Below are positions 13,701-25,298 of a stretch of 39,806 nt of DNA, in pieces. The DNA is from Tubiluchus corallicola. Taxonomy: Eukaryota > Animalia > Priapulida. The notes beneath the pieces are model-generated. The model was not told where the DNA came from, searched no databases, and worked only from the letters and a program-made list of their open reading frames with translations. The stretch spans positions 1 through 39,806 of the forward strand of contig JAQGDQ010001463.1 of assembly GCA_030141605.1 (NCBI GenBank). Reading direction: 5' to 3'. Made by a program: the position numbers and the translations under genes. Position 1 is the first letter of the stretch. The number at the start of each line of letters is the position of its first letter.

Positions 13701-16700
13701 AATTTCCCGGAAGACGATACTGTTTCTGAGTTGTATGAAACTTTTTATTTTTCGCGAGTATAAATTGCATTTTTGAGTTAGGCGAAGTAAATGACATGTA
13801 TTTTGAATAGATGGACCATAATTTTTTGTTTAAATTAGGCAAAATTTCGAGCTATATATTCTGAGTTAAGCGATGTTTTTCTATGGAAAAAATGAAGGAT
13901 TTCATCCATTCTGCTATAATTCTTTGAGTTAGGCGAAAATTTGAGTTATGCGATTATGAGTTACGCGGAGTTTACTGCATATACAAACTGCAAAACCGGT
14001 ATGGTGTCTAAGACTATATTTTTCACAAAGTAATTTTTAGATCTTTTTTCAGTTTTTATGATGCCATAATAGCGTAGCAACAAATGAACAATTGTTTCGT
14101 TGGTAACAGCTCAGAGTTATTCATTCCCAGTAGCAATCTCATTTATATATAAGCAATTTCTCTGACACCTTCATGGCTTGACCATTTTTTTCAATCTGAA
14201 AATTCGAAAGGCTGTTCAAGTATACTGAAATAATGATGTTGCAAAATTTATACGCAGCAAAATTTGGGATCATATTCATTATGCTAATAACCCCTGGATT
14301 GGGCAGAAGAGGCGATCCTTTCAGTCAATCCTGTTCAATAGAGAGATCTCAGGGTAATGAAATAACATGTGGTGGTGCTGTCGGAAATACTAACAAAGCT
14401 ACTATGGAGGAACTGAAAAAAGCAATAATATCTATTATTAATGCAAAGGTAAAGGTTATTACTGTGTCAAAATACACAGACAGTGCTCTGCCTTTGGACT
14501 TTCTACAAGGCACAGAAGTTTCACAAATCGAGTTACGGCGCACTAGAAATCTACAGAGAATTGAAGAACACTTTATCAGTGCTACAGGTGTTACAAGTTT
14601 TAAAATATTTGACGCTAACGGATTGACATTCGTTCATAATCAAGCTTTCACTAACTTGAATATGCTGATGTCGATCGAAATTAGCTACTGTCGGAATTTG
14701 AAGCAGCTGCATTTATATTTGCATAACTCTCCAAAGTTTCGTAGGTTGGACATTATTGATACAGGCATCACTACAATGGATATGCCAGAATTTCAGTCAG
14801 AAACTATTCCATTTGAAAATTTAATCATCCGAATTTATGGAAATCCTTTAGTCTGTGACTGCAGAACAGTCTGGATGAAGAAAATCCAAATACGGAATCG
14901 AGAGAACAAATTACGATGTAAAGAACTGCCTAATTCTAGAAAAAAATATCCCGCAACGATTTCCAGGCACACATTAAAGGATTTTTGCCCTTCTGCTGTC
15001 TTAACCACAAAAGCTTTAACAACACTAAAATCTACAGAAGTTTCAACAATCGAGACAACTACAGAAAATGAGCTTTTCAAAAAAGCTGAAAGTTTAGGTT
15101 GTTCTTTTATGTTCGATACTCTCACATGTGGTAGCAACCGAATGGATCTGGGTTTCTCAAAACTGGGTGAAATTTCAAAATCGTTGCCGGATGCAGCCGA
15201 TATCAGACTAATAATAGAGATCCTGTTCTACAGAGATTTACAGTTGCCTCAGGAGTTTCTGAAGGGAAAACATGTCGAAATGTTAGTCGTACTGAATGGT
15301 CACATAAATTTTCTCGGCCAAAATGACATACATGGTTCGATTGTAAACTTTCGAATGGAAAACATGAAACAATTATCATATATTCATCGCAATGCTTTTC
15401 AGCAGATGGAGAGCTTGCAGACAATTGCCTTTATTGACTGCAATGCACTGATAATAGCCAATTTCGACCTCTCCAATAATCCTTCAATTAGCTTCATCCG
15501 CTTTATTGGGACAAAAATAAGCAGCATGACAATGCCTGTGCTGCACCCAAGTGTTAATCCTAGCACAGTTGTTTTCAAGTTGTTACGAAGTCAGTTGACT
15601 TGTGACTGCACTGCAACTTGGACAAAGGAAACGAACTGGAGCAAATCATTCGTAGATTGCTATGAACCTCAAATATCCAATGAGCAGCTAAAGCTTTCAG
15701 ACTTTAATTGTGACAGAACTCGTGTCCTACATGTCTCGGCCCAAAGTGCAAGTACTGCAACCACCGGAAATGCGGGAAATTTATTTCTCAAGGTCCTGTG
15801 CCTCGAACTTTCACTTACATGTAAAAACATGTTCCTGATGTATAATTATTTTAAAGCTGTTTCAGTGTAATGAAAATCTGTAGCAGCAATTTGACATGGT
15901 AGAAGTAAAATTTTGCAATCTAGCTTTGTGTGTTTAATAGTAATTCTAAATTCTGGTTACAACTGACAACAAATGTCTAGAAGCCAAATACTGGAAAGGC
16001 TTGAGAAGGCGTGGGAAGCAGGAAGTAAACTTTTGCTGCACCAAAGAGCAGCAGTGCTTGAATTTAAACCGTCAGTGTCGATGGCAATGGTCTGCAACAT
16101 TTTCTTGCAGATTTGTAGAGATGCTCAGTGTCGATGGCCCTGGTCTGCAACATTTTCTTGCAGGTTTCTAGAGATGTTCAGTGTTGAGGGCCCTGGTCTG
16201 CAACATTTTCTTGCAGGTTTCTAGAGATGCTCAGTGTTGAGGGGCTCAGTGTCCAGGCCCCTGGTGTGCAACATTTTCTTGCAGATTTCTAGAGATGCTC
16301 AGTGTCCTGGCCCCTGGTCTGCAACATTTTCTTGCAGATTTCTAGAGATGCTCAGTGTCGATGGCCCTGATCTGCAACATTTTCTTGCAGATTTGTAGAG
16401 ATGATCAGTGTCGAGGGCCCTGGTCTGCAACATTTTCTTGCAGATTTGTAGAGATGCTCAGTGTCGAGGGCCCTGGTCTGCAACATTTTCTTGCAGATTT
16501 GTAGAGATGCTCAGTGTCCAGGCCCCTGGTCTGCAACATTTTCTTGCAGATTTGTAGAGATGCTCAGTGTTGAGGGCCCTGGTCTGCAACATTTTCTTGC
16601 AGATTTGTAGAGACGCTCAGTGTCGAGGGCCCTGGTCTGCAACATTTTCTTGCAGATTTGTAGAGATGCTCAGTGTCGAGGGCCCTGGTCTGCAACATTT

Positions 16701-19700
16701 TCTTGCAGATTTCTAGAGATGCTCAGTGTCGATGGCGCTGGTCTGCAACATTTTCTTGCAGATTTGTAGAGATGCTCAGTGTCGAGGGCCCTGGTCTGCA
16801 ACATTTTCTTGCAGATTTGTAGAGATGCTCAGTGTCGAGGGCCCTGGTCTGCAACATTTTCTTGCAGATTTGTAGAGATGCTCAGTGTCGAGGGCCCTGG
16901 TCTGCAACATTTTCTTGCAGATTTGTAGAGATGCTCAGTGTCGAGGGCCCTGGTCTGCAACATTTTCTTGCCGGTTTCTAGAGATGCTCAGTGTCGAGGG
17001 CCCTGGTCTGCAACATTTTCTTGCCGGTTTCTAGAGATGCTCAGTGTCGAGGGCCCTGGTCTGCAACATTTTCTTGCCGGTTTCTAGAGATGCTCAGTGT
17101 CGAGGGCCCTGGCCTGCAACATTTTCTTGCAGGTTTCTAGAGATGCGGCAGTACACTGAACACTTGTGGGGATTTTGTGATCATTATTTCACAGCTGCGG
17201 CTTCAAAGCAGAGATGTGCAGTTACACCTTTTCCTTTATCAGCAACCGCAAAATCCGCAACTGTACATATCCGAATGTGGAAAATCCTCGGATTTATGTG
17301 AAATCTGAAAATCCACGACTCCGCAAGAACAGTAGGCAAAAACTAGACTTGCTAGGTGTGCCCTACTGCTAAAACCTTTTTCGTACAAAGCTAAGAGTGA
17401 TAATCGATAATCAATAATAAATCACTAGCCACACCCGGCAAAAGAATTTTGCTTGTAAACCAACAATGACAACTCCTACCACACAATCTACATATATCAC
17501 CCCATCATATCATATCAATCACACCAAGACAGAAACTATAATTATCATGACAAAACAAAAAATTGTACAGAGATTGGCTAGTGTTTTTATGCAAGCAAGT
17601 AAAAACAAGTAAGTGGCTTTGTACACTGCAATTTCGCGTAAAATCCGCAATCTGCATACAATTCACTATCAGCAATCCATGAAACTGCTAAATTAGCACG
17701 GATTCCGCAACCGCATGACAGCAAATCTGCTATCCATGCATCTCTGCTTCAAAAGTGAAATGTTAATTTTTTATGGCAGATTCTTGTTTCCTTTTAATAT
17801 TTCAGCAAAAAACATGCACGTCTGATCACTCAGTAGCCACGTCCATGCCGTCATGCACGTCTGATCACTCAGTAGCCACATCCATGCCGTCATGCACGTC
17901 TGATCACTCAGTAGCCACGTCCATGCCGTCATGCACGTCTGATCACTCAGTAGCCACGTCCATGCCGTCATGCACGTCTGATCACTCAGTAGCCACGTCC
18001 ATGCCGTCATGCACGTCTGATCACTCAGTAGCCACGTCCATGCCGTCATGCACGTCTGATCACTCAGTAGCCACGTCCATGCCGTCATGCACGTCTGATC
18101 ACTCAGTAGCCACGTCCATGCCGTCATGCATGTCTGATCACTCAGTAGCCACGTCCATGCCGTCATGCACGTCTGATCACTCAGTAGCCATGTCCATGCC
18201 GTCACGCACGTCTGATCACTCAGTAGCCACGTCCATGCCGTCATGCACGTCTGATCACTCAGTAGCCACGTCCATGCCGTCATGCACGTCTGATCACTCA
18301 GTAGCCACGTCCATGCCGTCATGCACGTCTGATCACTCAGTAGCCACGTCCATGCCGCCATGCACGTCTGATCACTTAGTAGCCACGTCCATGCCGTCAT
18401 GCACGTCTGATCACTCAGTAACCACGTCCATGCCGTCATGCACGTCTGATCACTCAGTAGCCACGTCCATGCCGTCATGCACGTCTGATCACTCAGTAGC
18501 CACGTCCATGCCGTCATGTACGTCTGATCACTCAGTAGCCACATCCATGCCATCACTAACAGGACCCACGGGAACTTGTAGATCAGGTCAATGCTGATCT
18601 CAGGGACCTACAGGTTTGCAGACCCAAAAAAGGGCCTGCACATTTCTGTGCTTCAAGTATCAAATAAGGAACTTGTTTGTGCAGCCAAGTACATAGTATA
18701 ATACATAGTTAAACATAAAATACAAGTCAATGTAAAGATTTGTATCCTGCAAATACCTGATCATGAGTGATACATCAGAGCCCAATGTTTGTAAAATCCC
18801 AGCAAGTTCAACGGCAATATAACCGGCGCCGACAACAACCGTTTTCTTCGGCAGTTCTTCCAATTCAAAGAAACCATCGCTACTGATTCCGTACTCTGCT
18901 CCAGGTACCGAAACAGGAGAGGGAAATCCACCCGTAGCAACGAGCACATGCTGCGCAGAGTACCGCTCTCCATTAACCTCAATGCTGCCATCATCAGTGA
19001 ACTCCGCCCAACCCGGTATGAATTCCACGTGGCTTTTCTGAAGGTTTGCTAGGTAGATTGCATTTAACCTTTTCACGTACTCGTCACGTGCTTTCTTTAT
19101 AGCTGCCCAGTTGAAACTGTTTACAGTAACATCAAATCCATAATCTTTATGGTCATGTATCATTTCTGCATGAACTGCAGTGTTGAACATAACTTTTTTT
19201 GGCACACATCCCACGTTGACACAAGTGCCACCTAGGCGCCCTCTCTCTACCAGGCCTACTCTTGCGCCATATTCTGCGGCACGACGAGCGCTGGCTATAC
19301 CACCTATTAACAGAAATCAAACTGAATAACACAACACCAATATAACAGCCACAGTGACTGTAGCCTAATTTTTTTGTATGTTTCAAGCTAAACTAGAAAA
19401 TAAAGAAAAAATGATAAAACACAATTTTAATTTACTGACTGAAAAGCATTTTTGAAGTGCAAATTTAACCTAATCCTAATAGCTGAAAGGTGCAATTTAC
19501 TAAACCCTGTTATATGAATATAAGGGGGCAACGATGGTCTGTATATACAAAGCAGACAAAAGTTAACTAATTTGAGTAAAGGAAAGCTGTGTTAAATAGT
19601 GATTTTGATTAAATTGGTGATTAAATTATTAAATTAATAATTCAAGATTAAATGCTTAACAATGCAAGATTAAACTATCGTTGTGAACAGAAGCCTAGTT

Positions 19701-20715
19701 AGGTGTGGCATCATGTGACCAGATGATGTTCGACCGGCTGACTCAGAAGTAAAGATTGATGATGTAATCCTTATGCGAAGAAGCTCATGGCGCATTAGGT
19801 AGTTAGACAAAAGTGTTTTGAGACCCGCACCTCGAGGACATTAGGAACTGACTTGAAGACAGAGGGCTGGCATTACTATCCTCTTATATTTACCGTGTTG
19901 AGTTTAATATTCAATAAATGTGTAGTTTATTAAATAAAGTCTTGATAGTTTGCCATGCCCATCGTGACTACCTCACACGCCACACAATAAACAACAATAA
20001 TCAGCAAGCAGCTTAACCGCAAGAATCAATTAACTTTAACCAATTATTTTACTATTTGGTTAAAGTACAAAAAAACACCCTTCACAAATACAGCTTTAAT
20101 AAATTGTCTAAAAATTTTATATCACCTACATAATGTCCTATTGCAAAAAGGGCATGCGTTAGCAATAACGCTGAATAAAACTTGTACATTTAAACTCCCA
20201 TGACAACTGTTTAAAAAAATAATCAGAGCATTCATAACACACTCTTCGCTAGCTAAACAAAAGCGTAAATTGCTATATCTTGCCAATATGATCAATAGTG
20301 TATTTTTTGGTGAACAAGCGGTACACATTGGGATGGCGGTGCACAAATATTTTAAATCACTAAGAATTTTCATTTGCAATAACATAAGTTTTTCAAACAG
20401 CTAAGCAAAATGCTAAGTAATATTGCTTTGCATGGAAAGTTTTTTGGGGCATACTTTAAAATTCCCTTTTCTTCCACTTCAATATAATTAGTAAAGGTAT
20501 CATGTCCTTTTCACTAATTTTAACATACATATTTAACATAATATAACATAATTTTAACATCAATTACACCTTTAACTGTGGATGTTTCGGTTTATTCGAA
20601 ACTGAAAAGTACATTGATTTCCAAATCACGTAACTTTGTTTGCAAAAAGGCTACAATTACCTGATCCACCTCCTATAACAAGATAATCAAACGTCTTCTT
20701 CACAACTGGCGCCAT
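10731..20715 (-). CDS. GSR: Glutathione-disulfide reductase, 452 aa; exons 20715-20661, 19303-18757, 12096-11882, 11272-10731
   Basis: The spliced frame (55+547+215+542=1359 nt, phases 1,2,1) gives [20 protein letters not shown] (FAD binding), [13 protein letters not shown] (redox disulfide), [14 protein letters not shown] (NADPH binding) and C-terminal [12 protein letters not shown]. There is no C-terminal GCUG/CC extension, so it is GR rather than thioredoxin reductase. Confidence 0.97.
12510..12810. mobile_element. Probable degraded hAT-type MITE remnant
   Basis: Clusters of (t)tcgaa(t) subterminal-like motifs at 12528-12570 and 12699-12806. Ends and TSD are not resolved. Confidence 0.3.
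13336..13977. mobile_element. pogo/Tigger-type MITE (642 bp)
   Basis: TIRs CAGTAAACTCTGCATAACTCA and (reverse complement) CAGTAAACTCCGCGTAACTCA match at 19/21; TA on the left flank; gagtta(g/t)gcga subrepeats near the right end. Confidence 0.85.
14144..14152 (+). promoter_or_regulatory. Candidate TATA box of the nested LRR gene
   Basis: TATATATAA lies ~80 nt upstream of the ATG at 14233. The AT-rich background weakens the call. Confidence 0.4.
14233..15870 (+). CDS. Intronless secreted or GPI-type leucine-rich repeat protein (545 aa) with two tandem LRR modules, nested antisense in a GSR intron
   Basis: Long non-repetitive ORF with an N-terminal hydrophobic signal ([15 protein letters not shown]). 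Two Cys-capped LRR modules carry LRRCT motifs [11 protein letters not shown] and [11 protein letters not shown], with a Thr-rich linker and a small-residue plus hydrophobic C-terminal tail. Confidence 0.88.
   Translation: MMLQNLYAAKFGIIFIMLITPGLGRRGDPFSQSCSIERSQGNEITCGGAVGNTNKATMEELKKAIISIINAKVKVITVSKYTDSALPLDFLQGTEVSQIELRRTRNLQRIEEHFISATGVTSFKIFDANGLTFVHNQAFTNLNMLMSIEISYCRNLKQLHLYLHNSPKFRRLDIIDTGITTMDMPEFQSETIPFENLIIRIYGNPLVCDCRTVWMKKIQIRNRENKLRCKELPNSRKKYPATISRHTLKDFCPSAVLTTKALTTLKSTEVSTIETTTENELFKKAESLGCSFMFDTLTCGSNRMDLGFSKLGEISKSLPDAADIRLIIEILFYRDLQLPQEFLKGKHVEMLVVLNGHINFLGQNDIHGSIVNFRMENMKQLSYIHRNAFQQMESLQTIAFIDCNALIIANFDLSNNPSISFIRFIGTKISSMTMPVLHPSVNPSTVVFKLLRSQLTCDCTATWTKETNWSKSFVDCYEPQISNEQLKLSDFNCDRTRVLHVSAQSASTATTGNAGNLFLKVLCLELSLTCKNMFLMYNYFKAVSV
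16071..17146. repeat. Minisatellite, 53-bp unit (agagatgctcagtgtcgagggccctggtctgcaacattttcttgcagatttgt), ~20 copies
   Basis: Direct tandem repetition; variant units are clustered at both ends. Confidence 0.97.
17209..17746. mobile_element. hAT-superfamily MITE (538 bp)
   Basis: 8-bp TIR CAGAGATG...CATCTCTG; flanking 8-mers cttcaaag / cttcaaaa form a 7/8 TSD; subterminal (aaa)tccgcaa repeats at both ends. Confidence 0.8.
17813..18554. repeat. Minisatellite, 39-bp unit (cacgtctgatcactcagtagccacgtccatgccgtcatg), 19 copies, intronic
   Basis: Near-perfect tandem units with no spacers, ending ~200 bp from the GSR splice donor at 18756. Confidence 0.97.
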
Positions 20716-20724
20716 AGAACGAAA

Positions 20725-20739
20725 AAAATGCTGACTCAT
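20725..20739 (-). promoter_or_regulatory. Consensus antioxidant response element (Nrf2/CncC-small Maf site)
   Basis: The minus strand reads ATGAGTCAGCA-TTTT, matching RTGA(G/C)nnnGCA-wwww, about 10-25 nt upstream of the GSR MAPVV start codon. Confidence 0.6.
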
Positions 20740-20959
20740 ACGCGACAAAAATTGACTTTTATAGCGCTAAAATGAAACTTCAAAGAGGCATCAGTGCTAA
20801 GCAATTCTGCAACAACAAAGTACGCAAATACATGTAAGTGAATCGAATAAAAATAGAAAAAGACTCCGGACACTGTGTCCACTCGAAGGACATATAGTGG
20901 ACGCCTGTGACATCACTGCAGCATTCCCCAGTTAAGAAAGCAGGGAAATCACTTCATCT

Positions 20960-21060
20960 ATTACGCAGGTTGACGCGTGTCGACGTGGGCGCATCGGCTG
21001 CGCCAACGTCAATTGGCTGCGGGGCGCGCGCGTTCTATCAAATAATTATGGCTATTGGCT
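20960..21060 (-). promoter_or_regulatory. GC/CpG-rich GSR promoter or first-exon region
   Basis: Local CpG cluster with two minus-strand CCAAT boxes (~21012, ~21054) and a TGACGT motif (~21006-21011), directly upstream of GSR. Confidence 0.5.
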
Positions 21061-21399
21061 GCTATCACTTATCAGTATTATGAGAAAATGTAATATCCGC
21101 TATGCTTAAAGTGGTATTATGTGTACGTTATACCGCCATGTTTTATACTTGATCGGTGCGGAATTTTTACGAAAAAAGTGACCGGGTTGATATTTGGAAA
21201 GTTGAATTATAATCCTTGAATGAATTAGCAGATTTAACCAAATGAGACTTCTTTGCCGGTCAATATGTCATAATTCTTAATAAGATCTGCACGATGTTCC
21301 TAAATCAGCCTTTCTCCCGTACACGATGACGTAGTCCCCATGTAGGCTTTTGGAGATGACACCTGTTGTCATAAGTTCTTTTGTACGTAAATGCTGAAA

Positions 21400-21468
21400 A
21401 AGGAGAGAAAGCAAAAAGAGAGAGCAAAAGAGAGAGAGAGAGCCAGAGAGAGAGAAAGAGAGAAAGAT

Positions 21469-21540
<72 letters not shown>

Positions 21541-21626
21541 GCGAGAGAGAGAGAGAGAAAGAGAGAGTGCAAGAGAGAGAGCAAGAGGGAGAGAGAGAGA
21601 AAGAGAGAGCAAGAGAGAAAGAGGGA

Positions 21627-21673
<47 letters not shown>

Positions 21674-21730
21674 AGGGAGCAAGAGAGAAAGAGAGAGATA
21701 GAGAGAGTGGGGAGCGAGAGAGAGAGAGAT
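21400..21730. repeat. (GA)n-rich polypurine tract
   Basis: Interrupted GA microsatellite. Confidence 0.95.
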
Positions 21731-21874
21731 GTGTTTAGTGAATACTTGCATATTTATAAAAAAACATGCACTGAATATATATTTTTGCAAAGAATGTGAT
21801 AGAGTAACTGTGTGAATGGTGGTAAGTTTTCAAATTTTTCATAGCGTAATATATGTAAGGTTGGGAAATTATTA

Positions 21875-24800
21875 ATTAGTTTAGTTTAAACATAATTTAT
21901 TTAGGATTGGATCAGACAGTTTGTACAACATGATTTAAGATCCTCACCACAACAGACTTTATACACTATTTACAAGAACATTTACAGTAAGAATAGACTA
22001 TACTTAGTTTTTAGTATACTTTAGTATACTAAAGTTTTACTACAGTGATACATTAGACATTAGTAAAAAATGACGGTTAGTAAATATTAATGAACGATTA
22101 TTTAAGAATGATGCATTTTATATCAGATAGAAACTACTGGAAGCGTTTAGTACATAATATAAAGTCATATATACATTGGAATATTTTACAGTTAGTAACA
22201 TAGTTAAATTCATCTTTACCGAATAATAACAACTTCAACAGATCATTATTTCCTAAGACAGCTATATTAAGGTTTTCGGGCAAAAGTATTGCATGTAATT
22301 TATCAAACATAACTACCCTAGCTAGTTGATGCAATGGGCAGTGCAACAAAAAGTGTTCAACAGACTCAAATAGAAATCCACAGTTACAATTCGGCAATAT
22401 TGGATGACCGTTATTATCTTTACAGCCTTTAGAGAAAAGGTCATAGTTTAGCTGAGAAAATCCGATTCTCATACGCGTATGATGCACTGATATTGGAGGT
22501 TTGCCAAATGAAAAATGTTTCTTACGCAACGAAAAACTTAAATGAGATTTGAGCTCTTGTTTGAATTGTGAAATGGATGTAATTTCACGAATGTTCTGTG
22601 GTAAGTTGTTCCACATGTTAATGGTCGATATGAAAAACGATTTTTCTCAGCTAACAGAACGGCAATTAAAATTTCTGTATTTAGTACCACTGCGTATATA
22701 ATAGGGGGTAACTTCGTTTACCTTTGGCGGCAGAATTGCACTTAAATAGTGGGGCACTAAGTCATTGATTATTTTGAAAAAAAGACATAAGCGATGATAA
22801 TGGAAGCGTGTCACTAATTTAGTGAAGCCGCTATCAGAAAAGATACTTGCAGGGGAAGATCGAAACATAGCGCCAGAACAGATTCTAGCAGCAGTTAGCT
22901 GAATATTTTCTAACAAACGTATACGGTTTTCACTGCATCTTGACCATACTACGTTACCATATTCGATGGCAGGGAGAATAGTCGTAATGAATAATCGTTC
23001 CCGCGTAGCTCTGGGCATATTAACTGACACGCATCGAAAGTTGTTTAGCTTTAGATTTGCTTTGTCTACCATTTTTGAGACGTGATAGTTCCAGTTCAGG
23101 TCAGATGTAAGATGAATACCTAAATGTTTGTGAACATTTACAGTTTTCAGTGGAGTATTAGATAAATACAGAGTAGGATATTGAGCAGCATTGGATTTAC
23201 GGAAGAAAAGCATGACTTCGGTCTTATTAGGATTAAATTTAACCAACCAACGTTTGGCCCAGTTTTCAATTATTCTGAGATCTGCCTTTAAGCGATTTGC
23301 TGATGTATATGGGTCATCCTTAAGCAAATCCATTAAAACCGTAACGTCTGCAAAAAGGCGAATATCAGATTGAATGTCTTCTGTTATATCATTAACATAC
23401 ACTAGAAATAGAAGGGGACCTAAGATAGAACCTTGGGGGACGCCAGATAAAAGTGACTTCGCATCAGATGTATTACCGTTTAGCGTTACTCTTTGTGTTT
23501 GGTTTCGAAGGTAAGATGATAGCCAAGACAGAAGTTGGCCACTTACTCCATACTGCTTTAATTTGAATATCAAGCCTACATGCCACACCTTATCAAAAGC
23601 TTTACTGATGTCCAGAAAAACGCTACAGATTTCAGCACCGTCGTCTAAACTTGTATACAAATTGTGAACGATTGAAACTAGCTGGTTGATGGTGCTATCG
23701 TTTGATTTGAACCCGGAGTTCTTTTCCGTCAAAAAGTTATTATCAATAGTAAAGTAGTTATACATCTGATTAAAGACAACGCGTTCTAGAATCTTGGACA
23801 TACATGAAAGTAGCGCCACGGGTCTGTAGTTCGAAACAAGCTGTCTATCTCCGCCTTTGTGTATGGGGCAGACATTTGCAACTTTCCACAAGCTAGGAAA
23901 ATGACCTGACTGTAATGAGAAGTTAAACAATCGGGTTAATGGGCTTGATAATGAATCTGCACAAAGCTTAAGTACTTTGTTGCTTATTCCATCAGGACCT
24001 ACAGATTTGCTCGTATTGACGTTATTTAATAGTGTTTTCACTAAATCTTCGTATACAGTAATGTGAGACATGTATGTATCAGTCTTCGATACGAATCTGG
24101 GTAATGAAGCATTTGAAATGTTCAAACGGCACTGCTGGGCAAAGTAATTGTTAAATGCATTGCACTTGGAAATCGCATCACTTATGACAACACCAGCTTC
24201 ATTTATAATGGGAGGAATAAATAGTCACAAGTATTTTTGTAAAAACTTTTAGTAATTTCCCACCAGACTTTAGGGCATGTTTCAGGATTCAATAGCTTCT
24301 CGTTCAGTTTGTCTGAATAGTCACGTTTGGCTTTTTTAACAGCATTGTTGTACTTATTTCTAATAGTAGTATAGGACTGCCACGAAGCATTCGTCCTGTT
24401 TAATTTATAATTTCTGTGCGCCTTTTCTTTTTGTACTCTAAGCTTTCGAACGTAAGTATTCATCCAAGGCTTATCGCGTGGGCGTATTGTTACAATTTGA
24501 TTAGGCACACAAGAATCAATCATTTTCACTAGATTGTCAACAAATAATTGAAAAACAATATCAACAGATTCATTTGAAAACACAGCCTCCCAATTTGCAG
24601 CAGAGATTTGTTGATTTAATGCTGGCCAATCTGATAAATTATAATTATATACCTTTCTTTTGAAAGCATGACGTACTGGAATTTTGACACAAATTTTCCC
24701 AAAAATAGGGTTATGATCGCATGTAAAGATTTGTGGAAGCACACCGTAGTTAGTAAATAATCTAGGTGAGTCTGTGATAATCAAATCCAGTACAGACGTT

Positions 24801-24935
24801 GACGTACTAGTTACTCGAGTGGGATCAGTAATTAACTGGAACAATTGATTTTGTACAACAAAATTATTTAATTTAGGGCCCATTGGATTTTCGTTTAGCT
24901 CTGCCTGGTCCCAGGCGTTACATTTGGAAGTTATC
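21875..24935 (-). mobile_element. 5'-truncated non-LTR retrotransposon (CR1/L2-group-like); ORF2 pseudogene
   Basis: Three successive ORF pieces: endonuclease end (PTR..LDLIIT..DHNPI), RT (FLDISKAFDKV, GVPQGSILGPLLF, LFADV) and a C-terminal CxC..HxxxxC knuckle (CNCGFLFESVEHFLLHCP). Frameshifts lie near 24200 and 22650. The 3' UTR has AATAAA (~21897-21902) and a short AAACT-type tail. Confidence 0.93.
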
Positions 24936-25216
24936 AAAAGTATAGACGCAGTACAATGACAGTCGCCCATTGTTTTCAAGACTTGCGTTTGCGTTTCCAA
25001 GACTAGGCGAATTTGGAAGGCTTTGCGCAAAGCAGCGTCATTCTGGTTTATACTTTCAGCGTGTAAACTTGAATGTGAAGCGAAGAGAGAGATCTGCAAT
25101 TTTTATTAGCAGTGATATTTTAATTAGCAGACACTTTATGAACTATTGATTTATTTTAAAGATTAGGAGGACTGAACACAGTTGTAGGTAGGCAGTATTA
25201 TGAGTCATTTTTAAAA

Positions 25217-25234
25217 AGAGGGAGAGGGAGAAAG

Positions 25235-25298
<64 letters not shown>

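Noticed and set aside
1536-18554. CRISPR-like appearance of the 30-53-bp arrays
   Set aside because: Units are head-to-tail with no unique spacers, there are no cas genes, and the context is eukaryotic.
17771-18597. 261/274-aa repetitive ORFs
   Set aside because: They are translations of the 39-bp intronic minisatellite, with no non-repeat domain or supported splice context.
19508-19990. Solo-LTR-like segment in the GSR intron 19304-20660
   Set aside because: It has a TGT start and AATAAA signals, but no matching TSD or terminal inverted repeat could be defined.
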